Assembly (NCBI RefSeq): GCF_000281045.1
Contig: NW_008246075.1
Coordinates: 715,344-779,343 of the forward strand
DNA length: 64,000 bases
From: Saprolegnia diclina VS20
Lineage: Eukaryota
Reading direction: 5' to 3'
This document shows, piece by piece, positions 34,209 through 45,500 of the stretch (position 1 is its first letter; the number at the start of each line of letters is the position of its first letter). The position numbers were made by a program, and so were the translations under genes. The notes below the pieces were generated by a model. That model was not told the DNA's origin. It searched no databases and saw only the letters and a program-made list of their open reading frames with translations.

Positions 34209-34254
34209 GGCATGAGCAAGGGATATAAAAACACTTTATATCCTTGGGCATGAG
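34209..34254. mobile_element. 30-bp hAT-like micro-element with 8-bp target-site duplication
   Basis: GGCATGAG + CAAGGGATATAAAAACACTTTATATCCTTG + GGCATGAG; the arms are inverted repeats with a 1-nt indel. Confidence 0.55.
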
Positions 34255-34785
34255 TTGCTCGCGGTCATGTGGATTCTACTAGTGCACGGAGTTTCGATTG
34301 TCGCGTAGTACTTGATCGATCGCACTCGCTTCCTTTCCCAAGCACGCCCACGAGCTTCGGATGCTATTGACGTCGCTCGATTCGAGGCGGTGATGGAACC
34401 CCAGCAGCATATATGCATACCCGAGTTGCAGCCCCAACACTGCGAGCTACGAAGGTGGCCGAGCTGAAAGCAGCCGAGGTGCTCCCTGCTGCTGCTCAAT
34501 CATTGCCACCAACATGGTCAGCGCACTGCCCACCACCGCGGACGCTCAACTACAGCTGCATTCAAGCTCATCTGTCTCGCCAGGGCAGATTGATGTGTCT
34601 ACTGTCGGCTTTACCCAGTGTTTTTATGGGATCAAACGTCGGTGTGAACGTAGCTTAGCCCAAGATGCCTCCAACATGCTCGAGATTCGTGCGTCATAAT
34701 TATACATCAAAGTTACTTCTGAGAACGCGATAGAGCACATATGAACATTTATTGAATGGCAAAACCTAAGAGTCTAAGAAGAAAT

Positions 34786-35712
34786 TTACCACGTGCCGTG
34801 GAGACCGCCCTCACGGTCGCGGAAGTTGACGTTCGACTTCTTGAGGTCCTGGATGCCGACCATGGCCTCGCCGAGGTCCGTCGAGATTTCCTTGAGGATC
34901 TTGGCGTCCTTGTAGTGCGTGACGGCCTGGACCATGGCGCGGGCGCGCTTGACCGGGTCGCCCGACTTGAAGATGCCCGAGCCGACAAAGACACCGTCCA
35001 TGCCGAGCTGCATCATCAAGGCAGCGTCGGCGGGCGTGGCAACACCACCGGCGGCAAAGTTGACGACCGGGAGGCGGCCCGTGGCAGCGACCTGCTTGAC
35101 GAGGTCGTACGGGGCCTGCATCTCCTTGGCAGCAACAAAGAGCTCGTCTTCGTCCATGGCGGTGAGGCGCTTGATCTCGCGATGGACTGCGCGGGCGTGG
35201 CGGACAGCCTCGACGACGTTGCCGGTACCGGCCTCGCCCTTGGTGCGGAGCATGGCAGCGCCTTCGGCGATGCGGCGGAGGGCCTCGCCCAGGTTGCGGC
35301 AGCCGCAGACGAACGGGACCTTGAACTTGCCCTTGTTGATGTGGTTCTCTTCGTCGGCCATCGTCAACACCTCGCTCTCGTCAATGTAGTCAATCTCGAC
35401 CGCCTCCAAGATCTGCGCCTCGACAAAGTGGCCGATGCGGACCTTGGCCATGACGGGGATCGTCACGGCCTTCTTGATGGCTTCGATCATGGCCGGGTCC
35501 GACATGCGGGCGACGCTGCCGTCGGCGCGGATGTCAGCGGGGATACGCTCGAGCGCCATGACGGCGACGGCGCCAGCCTCTTCGGCGATGCGCGCCTGCT
35601 CGACGTTGATGACGTCCATGATGACACCACCCTTGAGCATCTTGGCGAGACCGGCCTTGACGAGGAAGGTACCTTCGGCGGCGACGACGGGAGCGGCTTC
35701 ACTGGCGACCAT
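34786..35712 (-). CDS. PDX1: pyridoxal 5'-phosphate synthase subunit PDX1
   Basis: [67 protein letters not shown]. Confidence 0.98.
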   Translation of the reverse strand: MVASEAAPVVAAEGTFLVKAGLAKMLKGGVIMDVINVEQARIAEEAGAVAVMALERIPADIRADGSVARMSDPAMIEAIKKAVTIPVMAKVRIGHFVEAQILEAVEIDYIDESEVLTMADEENHINKGKFKVPFVCGCRNLGEALRRIAEGAAMLRTKGEAGTGNVVEAVRHARAVHREIKRLTAMDEDELFVAAKEMQAPYDLVKQVAATGRLPVVNFAAGGVATPADAALMMQLGMDGVFVGSGIFKSGDPVKRARAMVQAVTHYKDAKILKEISTDLGEAMVGIQDLKKSNVNFRDREGGLHGTW

Positions 35713-35811
35713 GGTGCTGAGGAGTGCTTGGCAGAAGAGGATCTTTTGCAGAATGATACATCTCGGGCGGCGCGCCTTGGAAGCCCAAGAAGCCTCGCGT
35801 CGCTCAATTTT

Positions 35812-35850
35812 TGGGCCCGGCCCGTGGCTCGTGGGCCGGGCCCAGCCAAT
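35812..35850. promoter_or_regulatory. 12-bp inverted repeat plus CCAAT box upstream of PDX1
   Basis: TGGGCCCGGCCC-9 nt-GGGCCGGGCCCA, followed by GCCAAT. Confidence 0.5.
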
Positions 35851-36697
35851 CAGCGCGCGGCATGCCGAAAGTGTTTGCGTGCTTCAAGCACGCACTGGAG
35901 TCGGTACACTTGGTATTTGTATGCGATGACGACACCCGACCTGGGACACGTCGATTGGATGCGCCGACTTGAGCTGGGCCGGCCCAGTGACGCATCCACG
36001 GTATCCATCTCGGAGAGAGTTCCGCGGACGCCATCCCGTGCACTTGCGGTTCACGCGGCTTGGGCGTGGACCACGGCCAACCGAAAATGTCGACCATGCC
36101 AACGTCGTCCACCAGCCAATGTTGGTGGTCTATGCATCGATTATCGAAGCGCCCACTGAAGATGACAATGGCGTCGTAGAATGCCACGTATTCCTATACC
36201 GGTACTGTAGGTGAGGATGATGCTCATGGGGCGGTACTCCACATGGCCGTCGACAGACTCGTCGAGTGCAACCTTCCAAGCAACCAGCACCTTCCAAGTG
36301 CTTCCAGAGTCCCCGACCCAACATGGCGCCATTGTCATTGCCATGGAGCGTCCAGGAAGAGCAACAATGATGGCAATGATGGCGCCAAGTAGGTTCAACG
36401 GCTGTGATGTGTCTACAGCACTGTACGCCATTTGCCGATGATGTCGCTGTGCTCGTCTTGGCGGCAAAACGATCTTTATCGACGAGCTTCATCGCGCTTC
36501 GATGTCGACCCCTTCTTGAGCTTTGACGAGTGACGAGTCGTTCAATGCAGGGCGATGGGAGCAACCGCGTACGATCATGTTATGGTGCGGTGGAGGGCAG
36601 TGTACTCGGTCTACGAGGACGCGCCACTGCATCTGAACGCACCGGGAAACAGCGAAGACATGGAGTTGCATCGCAAAATGCTGCTAATTAGGACGAG

Positions 36698-38153
36698 TTA
36701 CAAGACCTTCTTGTTCATCGCGCGCACGGTTTGGTGGATGATCTGGTCGAGGATGCCAATGACGGTGAAGACACCGCCAATGATGGCGCAGGCCGACGTG
36801 AGAAAGTGGTAGAACGGCACCGAGTCTTCACTGATCTTGACCGACATGGGGCTCAGATCGTAGCGAAACATGATGGAGGGCAGGTCGTCCTTCTCCTCGT
36901 ACTCGTTCGAGTGCGCAGTGTACTTGTACACGTTGATGACGTCGTCGTTCGACTGCACGTACGAGTTGGTCACGACCTTGATGTAGTGCACATACGTGTG
37001 CTCCTTGTGGTACGCGGTAAACTCCTTGCCCTCGAGGCGGTGCGAGTAGAGCTTGGCGTGCGCGTCCTTGGGCAGCCGCACGAGGTCGTTGTACGGCACG
37101 GGCTCGCCAAACCAGAGCTCGCCGACCGTGTGCGACGCGTTCACGAGGCTCGCATCCATCGAGTACGCAGGGTTCTGCAAGTGCACGTGGAAGTTGCCTG
37201 GCACGCGCTTGACGTAGAGGTGCCCGTAGAGCTGGCAGCCCTCGGCGCCCGGCGCCTTGGCGATGAGCTCGCCCTTCGTCGCGGCCTCCTTCTTGTCGCT
37301 CTCGTGCATCTCCTTCTTGCGCTGCTCGGCGTAGTCGGCCTCGCCTTCAAAGAGCGTCCGGAACTTCTCCGTGAACGCTTCGACCGACCGATCACCGTGG
37401 TACATTTCGACGGGCGAGAGGTCGCCGTCCTTGTAAAACATGATGGTCGGGTACGCGCGGATGAACTGCGTCATGCAGAGCTCCGGATGCGCTTGGCAGT
37501 CGACGGACGCGACGCGCATGCGCTGGCCCATGTGGAGCGTCGGCAGCGTCTTGGCCGTGCGGACCCAGACGGGCTCGAGGCGCTGGCACCAAATGCACCA
37601 CGGCGCGTAAAAGTCGACGGCCACATAGTGGTGCTCCTTGAGGAACGGCTCGAACGTCGCTTCGTCCAGCATCGTGACGACGGCGTCCGACTCGGGCAAA
37701 TCGCCGTAGACCGAGTCGTCGGCGTACGCGGGCATCGGCTGCTCCTCGGCCGACATGCCGAGGATGCGGCGCTTCGAGTCGATGCGGATCTTGTAAATGT
37801 CCTTGGTCATGTTGTGCTTGCGCGTGCCCGTCATGTCGCTCACGTCAATGGATGCAAACTCGCAGCGGAGGTCGGGCACCGTGATGTTGAAGTTGATGCG
37901 CATCATCTCGTCGAGGCCCTCGTCCATGACAATGTCGTAGCGGTAGTTGACGCTGAGGTAGCTGTTGAACTCGAGGATGAAGAGCACAAACATGATGAAG
38001 CAGCCGACGAGCGAGAGGCTCACGCCGGGCAGCGTCGACACCGTGAGGTCCTGCATGAAGCCATGAGCTTATCTGCCTGTTCATCGAGCCAATGTCTACC
38101 TCCGGAATCTTCTTGTAAAAGTCCCATTTCTTGAGCGTGTCCATGGCGCCCAT
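36698..38153 (-). CDS. PDI-C type protein: ERGIC_N + thioredoxin + COPII-coated ERV domain (PDIL5-4-like), 2 exons
   Basis: LKKWDFYKKIPE|DLT, NFNITVPDLRCEFASIDVSD, DFYAPWCIWC, GCQLYGHLYVKRVPGNFH, YDLSPM, CAIIGGVFTV. Confidence 0.92.
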
Positions 38154-39425
38154 GCTGCTTGTCCTTCTCCACGAGCGGTCGAAAGCGAAGTGAGTGCTCG
38201 CTACGTGGCTAGCCTCCCATTGGCTGATTGCAGTAATACCTCCCAAAATACATAGAATACGACATGCAATGCCAGAGGTATTTCGAGATCCAGTATGATT
38301 TTCGAACCCGATCCAAATTGGAGGCGATTCGTCGAATTCGCGAAAGCAAACGTACAATTTGTGAATCGATACATATATATTGTGCTCTGAAGCACCACAA
38401 AAACGAGGTTTCGTGGCGACGGACAACCAAGCGCCCAATGTTCTTGTCGCGGCAGCATTTGAGTTGCTTGATTTGCATTGTCCTGGACAGCCATTTCTCG
38501 ATGTGTCTTCATAGCGCTAGCAAACTGCACTTGCACCGCGCGTCGTAGAGCGCTCCTGTCTCGAGCTCTCAGATCCAACAAGCAGCTATCGTCGATGCGC
38601 CGGTTGGTCCAGCGGTCGCAACCACTAAAGATGTGTGTTGCTGGTCAACTCGTCACAGTACGATGAGCAGAGTGTGGACAGAGACCTTCCAGCGCATCAA
38701 GCAGCTGCATGGAGTCGGTGGCGGTCGTTCCTTCCGTACATGTCTGGCTCGCAAGAGCAAGCCAAACGCGCTCTTTTCAAAAGGTGACACGACTGTTGAG
38801 CCAACTCGATGGCTTCGGCAGGGTGTACGAGTTGCGGACGATACGACGGAGCGTCAAGAGTCAAGCAGCAGTGCAACGTAAGCGCACAAGCGTTCGTTCC
38901 CGAAGTTAGGCTCAGCACAGTCAGCGAGACGCTGACGGAGGCCGGGCTCAAACCGTATTCCAAGCCTCCTTACGCACAGAGAAGCTCGAGACAACATGTA
39001 GCTCGAACGAAGCCATTCTCTCAGTCTCTCGCTGGGGGCAGCCAAGAAGCTGACAAAGCTCAACGCGAACGAGAAGGCGACCGTTCCAGGAGCGTCAGTG
39101 GGCCAATGTGGCGAGCCGCCTACTGCCAGCGCTCGAGTGCGATAAGCTCTGTACGCTGCTTGCTCGGCATCTTGCTGCTGTCGCCCACGGACGCGATGTC
39201 GTGACTCATTGTCCTCTTGTGGCGCCAACCAAACGGATGCCATGCAAAATATTGGGTGCCGCCATATCCGGATAGGACCTGCCGTGGAGCGCAATTCCGC
39301 ATTTGAAAAAGAGTACATATAAACACTATGTCAAACGTCTCCATATTGGTCTGGCATAAAAAACCTCAATATATCAATATTCGTCGAAAGGTCAACCACT
39401 TGACACGCAGTCAACAAGCGTCGCT

Positions 39426-40193
39426 ATGGAGCGCAGCGCGAGCTTGGCGCGCAGCCGCCCAGAGGAATTTCGACTCGTAAACGCCGACTTTGCCGGGTAC
39501 GCGTACCGCCTGAGCAAGAAGTGGAAGCGGCGCTTCTTCGTGCTCGAGGGCCGCCGGCTCTCGTACTTTGGCAACGAGGACGAAGCGAACGACCCCGGGC
39601 GAGCGCCCAAGGGTGCGATCACGGTCTGCGCCGCTTACCATTGGAGCGACGTCAACAACGGCCTCATCATCGTCTCGTCGTCCGGGGATCTCTGGAAGTG
39701 CTATGTGGAAATGACCAACGCCGGCGAGGAGATTTTGCCGGCGCTCACCCGCGTGGCCGAGCACTGCCGCGCGGTCGCCGACGGCCGGGCGACCAGCGGC
39801 GACGTGCCATCGGCGGCCGAGGTGACGGCGATCCGCCAGTTTTGCAATGCGCGCGCGACCGCCGAGTTTAAGCTCAATCACTTTTGCGTCCCGCTGCGTG
39901 TGGACGCCCACGTCACGCGGGGCTGGGTGGAGAAGCGCGGCGCGGTCATGCGCTCGTGGAAGCGCCGGTACTTTGTATTGCGCGAAAACGTCCTTGCGTA
40001 CTACGACATCAACCTCGAAGGCCAGCCCAAGAAGGGCGGCGACCTTGTCCAGAGCATCGAGACAAGCACGGTCAAGCCCAACGGCCTCGAGTTCAAGATG
40101 GTGAGCGGCCGCAGCCTCGTCGGCTTTACCGAGACGACCGACGATCATGTGCAGTGGCTCCTCGCCGCCAACACGCTGTACCACGAGCCTTGA
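39426..40193 (+). CDS. tandem PH-domain protein
   Basis: KKWKRRFFVLEGRRLSYF..PKGAI and GWVEKRGAVMRSWKRRYFVLRENVLAYY..QWL. Confidence 0.88.
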   Translation: MERSASLARSRPEEFRLVNADFAGYAYRLSKKWKRRFFVLEGRRLSYFGNEDEANDPGRAPKGAITVCAAYHWSDVNNGLIIVSSSGDLWKCYVEMTNAGEEILPALTRVAEHCRAVADGRATSGDVPSAAEVTAIRQFCNARATAEFKLNHFCVPLRVDAHVTRGWVEKRGAVMRSWKRRYFVLRENVLAYYDINLEGQPKKGGDLVQSIETSTVKPNGLEFKMVSGRSLVGFTETTDDHVQWLLAANTLYHEP

Positions 40194-40245
40194 GCGAAAA
40201 GGGTTAAATTAAAAAATGTGGTGTGGCAAAATCCAAGCGCGTCAA

Positions 40246-41034
40246 CTAGAACTGGTGCATGGCCATCGGGCTCGTAGTCGCCTGCGGCGACGCCTTGCGC
40301 CCGCTGTCAATAGCGTCGTGCGTCTGGTCGAGCTGCAGGCGCATCGGCGACGTCTCGGCCCAGTCGGCCTGAAAGTCGAACGCAAAGTCGGCGAGCGACG
40401 CGTCCGAGTCGCGCTCCCTGTCCATCTCGTCGTCGGCAGTCCCATGCCCGTGTGACTCGCCGTCGTCGGCAGTTCCATACGCGTGTGACTCGCCGTCGTC
40501 GACGCCAACGCAGTACGCGTCATTTGCAATGATGCTCTGGTACTCGTTCTCGTCAATGACGAAGACCGACTCGTCGCTGAAGCGGCGCGTGTGCTCCGAG
40601 ACTGCCTGGATCGCATCAATGCAGCGCTGAAGGCGAAACGTGAGCGGCGTCGCAGTCACCTCGATGCGCAGGACCGTGGCGGTACCGTCAATGGTGCACA
40701 GGAACGGCAGCTCCTTCTGTAAGAGCGCGGCTTCGTTGCGGGGAAGCGCGTGCGGCGCCGTGCGCGACCGGCGGTCCGCGGCCTCGAGCGACTCGAGAAG
40801 CGAGGCCTGGACGTCGTAGACGTACTGGTACAAGCGCTGGCGGTCGAGTGGCGACATGAAGTTGTAGATCGATTGCCCGTACAAGAGCGACCCGTCGTAC
40901 TCGGACGTCTCGGCCGTCGGCTCAAAGAACCAGCGCGGTGCGTCCATCGTCGCAAAGAGAAACTCGCCGGTCGGAAGGCAGTAGCCGACGGCGTCGCCCT
41001 GGACGCGCAGGCGCAGCAGCAAGATCGTCTCCAT
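40246..41034 (-). CDS. hypothetical protein with PAS-like N-terminal region and acidic tail
   Basis: Intronless ATG ORF with coding bias; LLYGQSIYNFMSPLDRQRLYQYV resembles the PAS core lGxsxxdfvhPeD. Confidence 0.7.
   Translation of the reverse strand: METILLLRLRVQGDAVGYCLPTGEFLFATMDAPRWFFEPTAETSEYDGSLLYGQSIYNFMSPLDRQRLYQYVYDVQASLLESLEAADRRSRTAPHALPRNEAALLQKELPFLCTIDGTATVLRIEVTATPLTFRLQRCIDAIQAVSEHTRRFSDESVFVIDENEYQSIIANDAYCVGVDDGESHAYGTADDGESHGHGTADDEMDRERDSDASLADFAFDFQADWAETSPMRLQLDQTHDAIDSGRKASPQATTSPMAMHQF
40428..40501. repeat. 33-bp coding tandem repeat
   Basis: DDGESHAYGTA DDGESHGHGTA DD. Confidence 0.8.
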
Positions 41035-41360
41035 TCCCGCTTGTCGGCGATTTCAAGAAATGAATCAAATGGGCTTCTATTTTCAACGCCAAAACGGCCC
41101 ACCCCAACGTGTGCGTCAGTCTTATCCCTCCAAGAGGCTGCACCCGACGCCATTTGGTACAGACAGTCGACTGGTGGCATGGGTCGGTCGTGGTAGGTGT
41201 ACCGAGCTGCTGGCAATACTGTAGCTCCACCCCGCGAGGAGCACCAAAGAATGTGCATGGTCCCTGGACAGGACGGTCAGTCAGGCGGATCGAACATGTC
41301 ATGGCGCGCCGTGTATTCTTAGCACGATACATTACGTGCTTGCTAGTTTGACAGGACGCG

Positions 41361-41951
41361 TCATGGCTCGGCGAGGGCTCGTAGCAAGTCGCGGACATCG
41401 ACGTTCTCTTTGGCGGCCTTCTCGAGCAAGAGCTTCATGTCGAGGCGCAGCCGCATGACCTTGGACTGCTCCTTGGCGAACTCAGCCTTGGTGCGCTCTT
41501 CGTCAAGCGAGCTTACGGCCAGCTACACCATGGCGTCGGTAGGCGCATGGCCATCGCAGGTCATTGTCGTACCATTTCCACGAGCAGTTGGCTCTTGAAC
41601 TTGTCGAGATTGGACTCTTCGCTAATGCGCTGACACTTGTCGCGCAGCGCAGCGTTCTCGTCCTCCAAGGCGCGGACTCGTGCGAGCAGATCGGTCTCTT
41701 TCTCGCGCGCGGCGCAGAGTTCCGACGTGTCTATCGACGTGCGTCAGTCGCCGGCCTCCGCGAACACACCGACCCAAGACCCAGTCAAAGCCAAAGCTCA
41801 TGGCCAAGCCCGGCAGGTTGAGCGCTATCGGTATCTCGCGCTCGTCGTCATTCGGCGGTCTCGCCTCCGCGCTGCCTGGCTTCACAGCCTTGGCCATCGA
41901 AAGGCAAATCTTCCGCATACGCCCGCCCGTATCCGGATCCGGCGTTATCAT
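41361..41951 (-). CDS. Chibby-like coiled-coil protein, spliced (5' end uncertain)
   Basis: IALNLPGLAMSFGFDW|..LEDENAALRDKCQRISEESNLDKFKSQLLVEM|LAVSSLD resembles the Chibby C-terminal region. Confidence 0.55.
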
Positions 41952-42519
41952 GCGCACCTGACGTCAGACGACATCACCGAACGTCGTCGTGCGTGAGCGA
42001 AGAACACGCAGCTGCACGCCAGCGCGCTCGCTGCTTCTCTTCTCTGCTGCCGAGCTTGCCAGCGTCGCACCAGTAACGCGGCCGATAGTGAAGACAGTGC
42101 ATGCAAATATTAATTATGGGAGGTTTCCGGTTTCATCCAGGAGACGACCTTGCAGCAGTGCCATGCCGATCCCGGTGATGGGATGCGTGATCGACCAGTC
42201 AAAGGTCGGCGCTCGGAACTGTCAACCGCCATCTCGCCCGAACCTCGTCGAACATGCTTGCTCTTCTGCCTTCTATGTACTGCTTGCACGGCGCATGTGA
42301 CGAAGGCAAGCAGAGTCATTGAGTTGCTTGGTTCCATGTACTAGTACACGGCTCCGGCGGCGCGGCTCCTTGGCTCCTTGCGTAGCCTCGACGACCTGGT
42401 CGTTGGGCGGAGAATATTAAGTATAAGAGGTTTTGCCATCTTTGCCCAGTTCTGAAACCTGCTGGTGGGCTTTTTTGAGCGTGTGGGAATTGCAAAGTTG
42501 CAGTATCCGAGCCGGTGGA

Positions 42520-45500
42520 ATGCGAGCTGCGAGACCGCTGGCGACCAAGCCACACGATGGGCCGCCTCATCGCCGCCACCTCTGGGACGCGCGCAGCGAC
42601 TGCTGGCAGCTGCGCGTCTGTGCGCTCGTGCTAAGCGTGTGCACCTTTGGCATCTTCCTCTTCATGGAGCTCATGCCGGAGCCCGACGTCACGCTCCTCG
42701 CCCTCGGCACGCTCATGGTCGCGTGGATCGGACCGCTGACGCTGCTCGCGGGCACTCAGTCGCCAGCGACGAAAGGCCACTTTACGTGGTGGCAGCCGTT
42801 CGAAGGCGGCTTCAGCTTTGTGTGCATGCAAGCGTTTGGCTGGTCCATGATTGCGCTCTTCCTCGCGCTCTGCCTCGTCATCTTGGCCAACTTTACCACC
42901 ATCACGCGCTTTGAAGGGCAGTTCCTTCTTCTCGGTATCGTCGCCTTTATCGCGCAAGCGCTCTTGAACTTGAGCATCGATCAGTTTGTCGTGCCGGACG
43001 AGAGCACGCCGACGTCGCTTGTCCAGCGGTCCTTCCTCCCCGGCTGGTCCAAAGCCCTTGTCGCGATCCTTGTCTCGCTCTCTGGGACCATCTTCTTTGC
43101 TGTGTACGACTCAGGTCTCTTTGCGTCCGGCGGCGTCCTTCTGCCCATGGGCGTTGCTCAGTTTGCGCTCTCGGCGGTGCTCCTGCATGTCTGCGTCGGC
43201 GTGCTCGAGATGCCGGGCTACCGGCTCTGGCAGCCGTTCGAAGGCGGCTCGGTCTTTCTTCTGCTGCAGTTTTTCGGCTGGAGCTTCTTCACGTGCATGG
43301 CGGTGGCGACCGCCTGCCTCGTCTGCTTGCAGAGCCACTCGTACGGTCTCGCGCTCTGCTCTGGTCTTCTCGGGCTCGTCTCGCAAGTGCTCTTGCTGAG
43401 CTCGCTCTACTGCTTCAAGGTATCCGAGCACCCGCGAACGGCGTGGAGCTACATGCAAATTCCCGAAGAAGGGTTCCTTAGCGGTATATTTGCCATCTTT
43501 GCCTGCCTCCTCACGACGCTCGTGTGCCACTCGTCGCTCTTTCCGTGTTTGTACGTGCTCGTCGACGGCAACACGCGCTTGCTCGGTACATTTCGCGTTC
43601 ATTTGTCGGCAATTGGCGTCACATTTGATGTAGGCATGGTGTGCCTCCTCTTGCTCGCCGGTGCGAGTCCCGTCGCCCACTGCGGCGGTACGTCCCTCGG
43701 TCCTCTGTCGCTTGATACGAACCTCCACTAGGCTACCGCAGCGTGCGCGGCTACAAGCTCTGGCAACCGTTTGTCGGCGACTCGAAATTTGTGTTTTTAC
43801 AGTCGATGGGGTGGCTCTGGTACGGCATCTTCCTCGGCGTCTCGCTCTTGCTCCTCCTCAACGACGACGCGTTCCTGACGCACGTCTTGCCGCTCGCGTG
43901 CGTCACGGGCTCGATCGCCGCGCTCGCCATCTCGCTCTCGATGCCCTTTTTCGAGGTCGAGTCGGCGTCGTCACATGCTTTGTCGACAACGTCCATGCTC
44001 TGGACGGGCGAGTATGTCCTCAGCCTTCTCCTCTCGTTTGCGACGATTGTCCTGCACCTCGCCATCGAGCTCCTCCACCTCAACGGCCGCACCGCGTTTG
44101 TGTGCTTGGCCCTCGGCCTCGTCGCGTCCAGCGTCGCCGTGGTGACGACCCACGGCCTGGGCACACGCCTCCATGCGGGCTATGCCTTTTGGCAGCCGTT
44201 TTGCGGCGGCGACGCCTACGTCCTCCGCCAAGCGCTCGGGTGGACCTTCTTCTCGATCTTTGTGCTCTTTGACTGCGTCTCGCTCGGTGCCATGTGGAAC
44301 GAAATGCACGTCCGACCCGGCGTGCTCTTGGCGCTGAGTTTATACGGCCTTGTGCCCCACATTGTGCTCGGATCGTCGCTGACGCTCTTTGCGCCGACGA
44401 CGCCCGCGCCAACGCCGTCCATGCAGCCACTGCGCGTCTCGATGCTCGCAAGCGCCGCGCTCGATCTCGGGTCGATCACGCTCTTTTGCTGTGCCGAAGG
44501 CTTCAAGGACGCGGCCTGGTCCTTTGTGAGTGAAGTGCTCTTTGTGATTGCGACCATCGTGGCGGTCATTGGGCTTGCGTGCACGCACTGCATCTGCGGC
44601 CCCCAGCTGGACCCGAGCTACCGCGTCTTCCAGCCGCTTCGCGGTGGTCTCCGCTTCGTCGTCTACCAAGGTGCTCGCTTCCGTATGCTCTATGTGTTCT
44701 TATGTACGATCCGCGTAGGGGTCGGCTGGACGCTGGCCGTCATGGCGTGGGTAGCAGCGTGCACGGTCATCTACTGGCACAGCTCATTTCTCAAAGTCCA
44801 CGGCATCGTCGCCGCCATCGGCATGATGTTCTTCGTTGCGCAAACAGTCCTTCTCGGGAGTCTCCGGTGCTTTGAGCCGCCGATGACGCCGCCGACGACG
44901 CCGCCGACCCGCCGCGTTCTCCCGCATGTCCGCATCGAGTCGTGTTTGGGGCCGATCCTCGGGTTAGTGTCGTGCGCCGCGTTTGCCCTCGTCGACCTCG
45001 TGCTCTTGCGCTGCGGCGCGACGCTGCCGGCGTTCCCGCTCACGATTTGCGCCGCGATTGCGCTCTTTGCGTCGATCCCGCTCACGTATCGCTTTGCGAA
45101 CCGCGGGCGCATGCTCTACCAAGTGCTCGGGTACACGCTCTGGTCGTTCACGCTGCTGCTTGCGATTCTCTTTACGATCAACGTGTGGCACCAAGACGCG
45201 CACCTCTGGCTCGGCGTCTCGACCGGCGCGATCGGCTTTGCGGCTCATTTCGTCTTGCTCTTCTCACTCTCACCGCCCGAGCGCTTACCGCCGCTACTGC
45301 TGCCCTTGGCCGGCACGGGGGCCGCGCTGCTCATGTGGGCTGTCGACAACCGCCTGTCGCTCGACACGCTCTTGTCGGTCGTACTCTCGCCCATGCATGT
45401 GCTCTACCTCGCGTGCTGCGTGCTTGTGCTCGCCGTCACCATGTGCCTCCTGACGTGGATGCGTCGGTCGATGGCACCGCGACAGCACTACGTCGTCCGC

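Noticed and set aside
35713..35990. Riboswitch upstream of PDX1
   Set aside because: No TPP or other known aptamer consensus is seen, and the inverted repeats lie upstream of the probable transcription start
34756..36159. 467-aa plus-strand ORF
   Set aside because: Antisense shadow of the strongly codon-biased PDX1; no motif of its own
36731..38134. 467-aa plus-strand ORF
   Set aside because: Antisense shadow of the PDI-C gene
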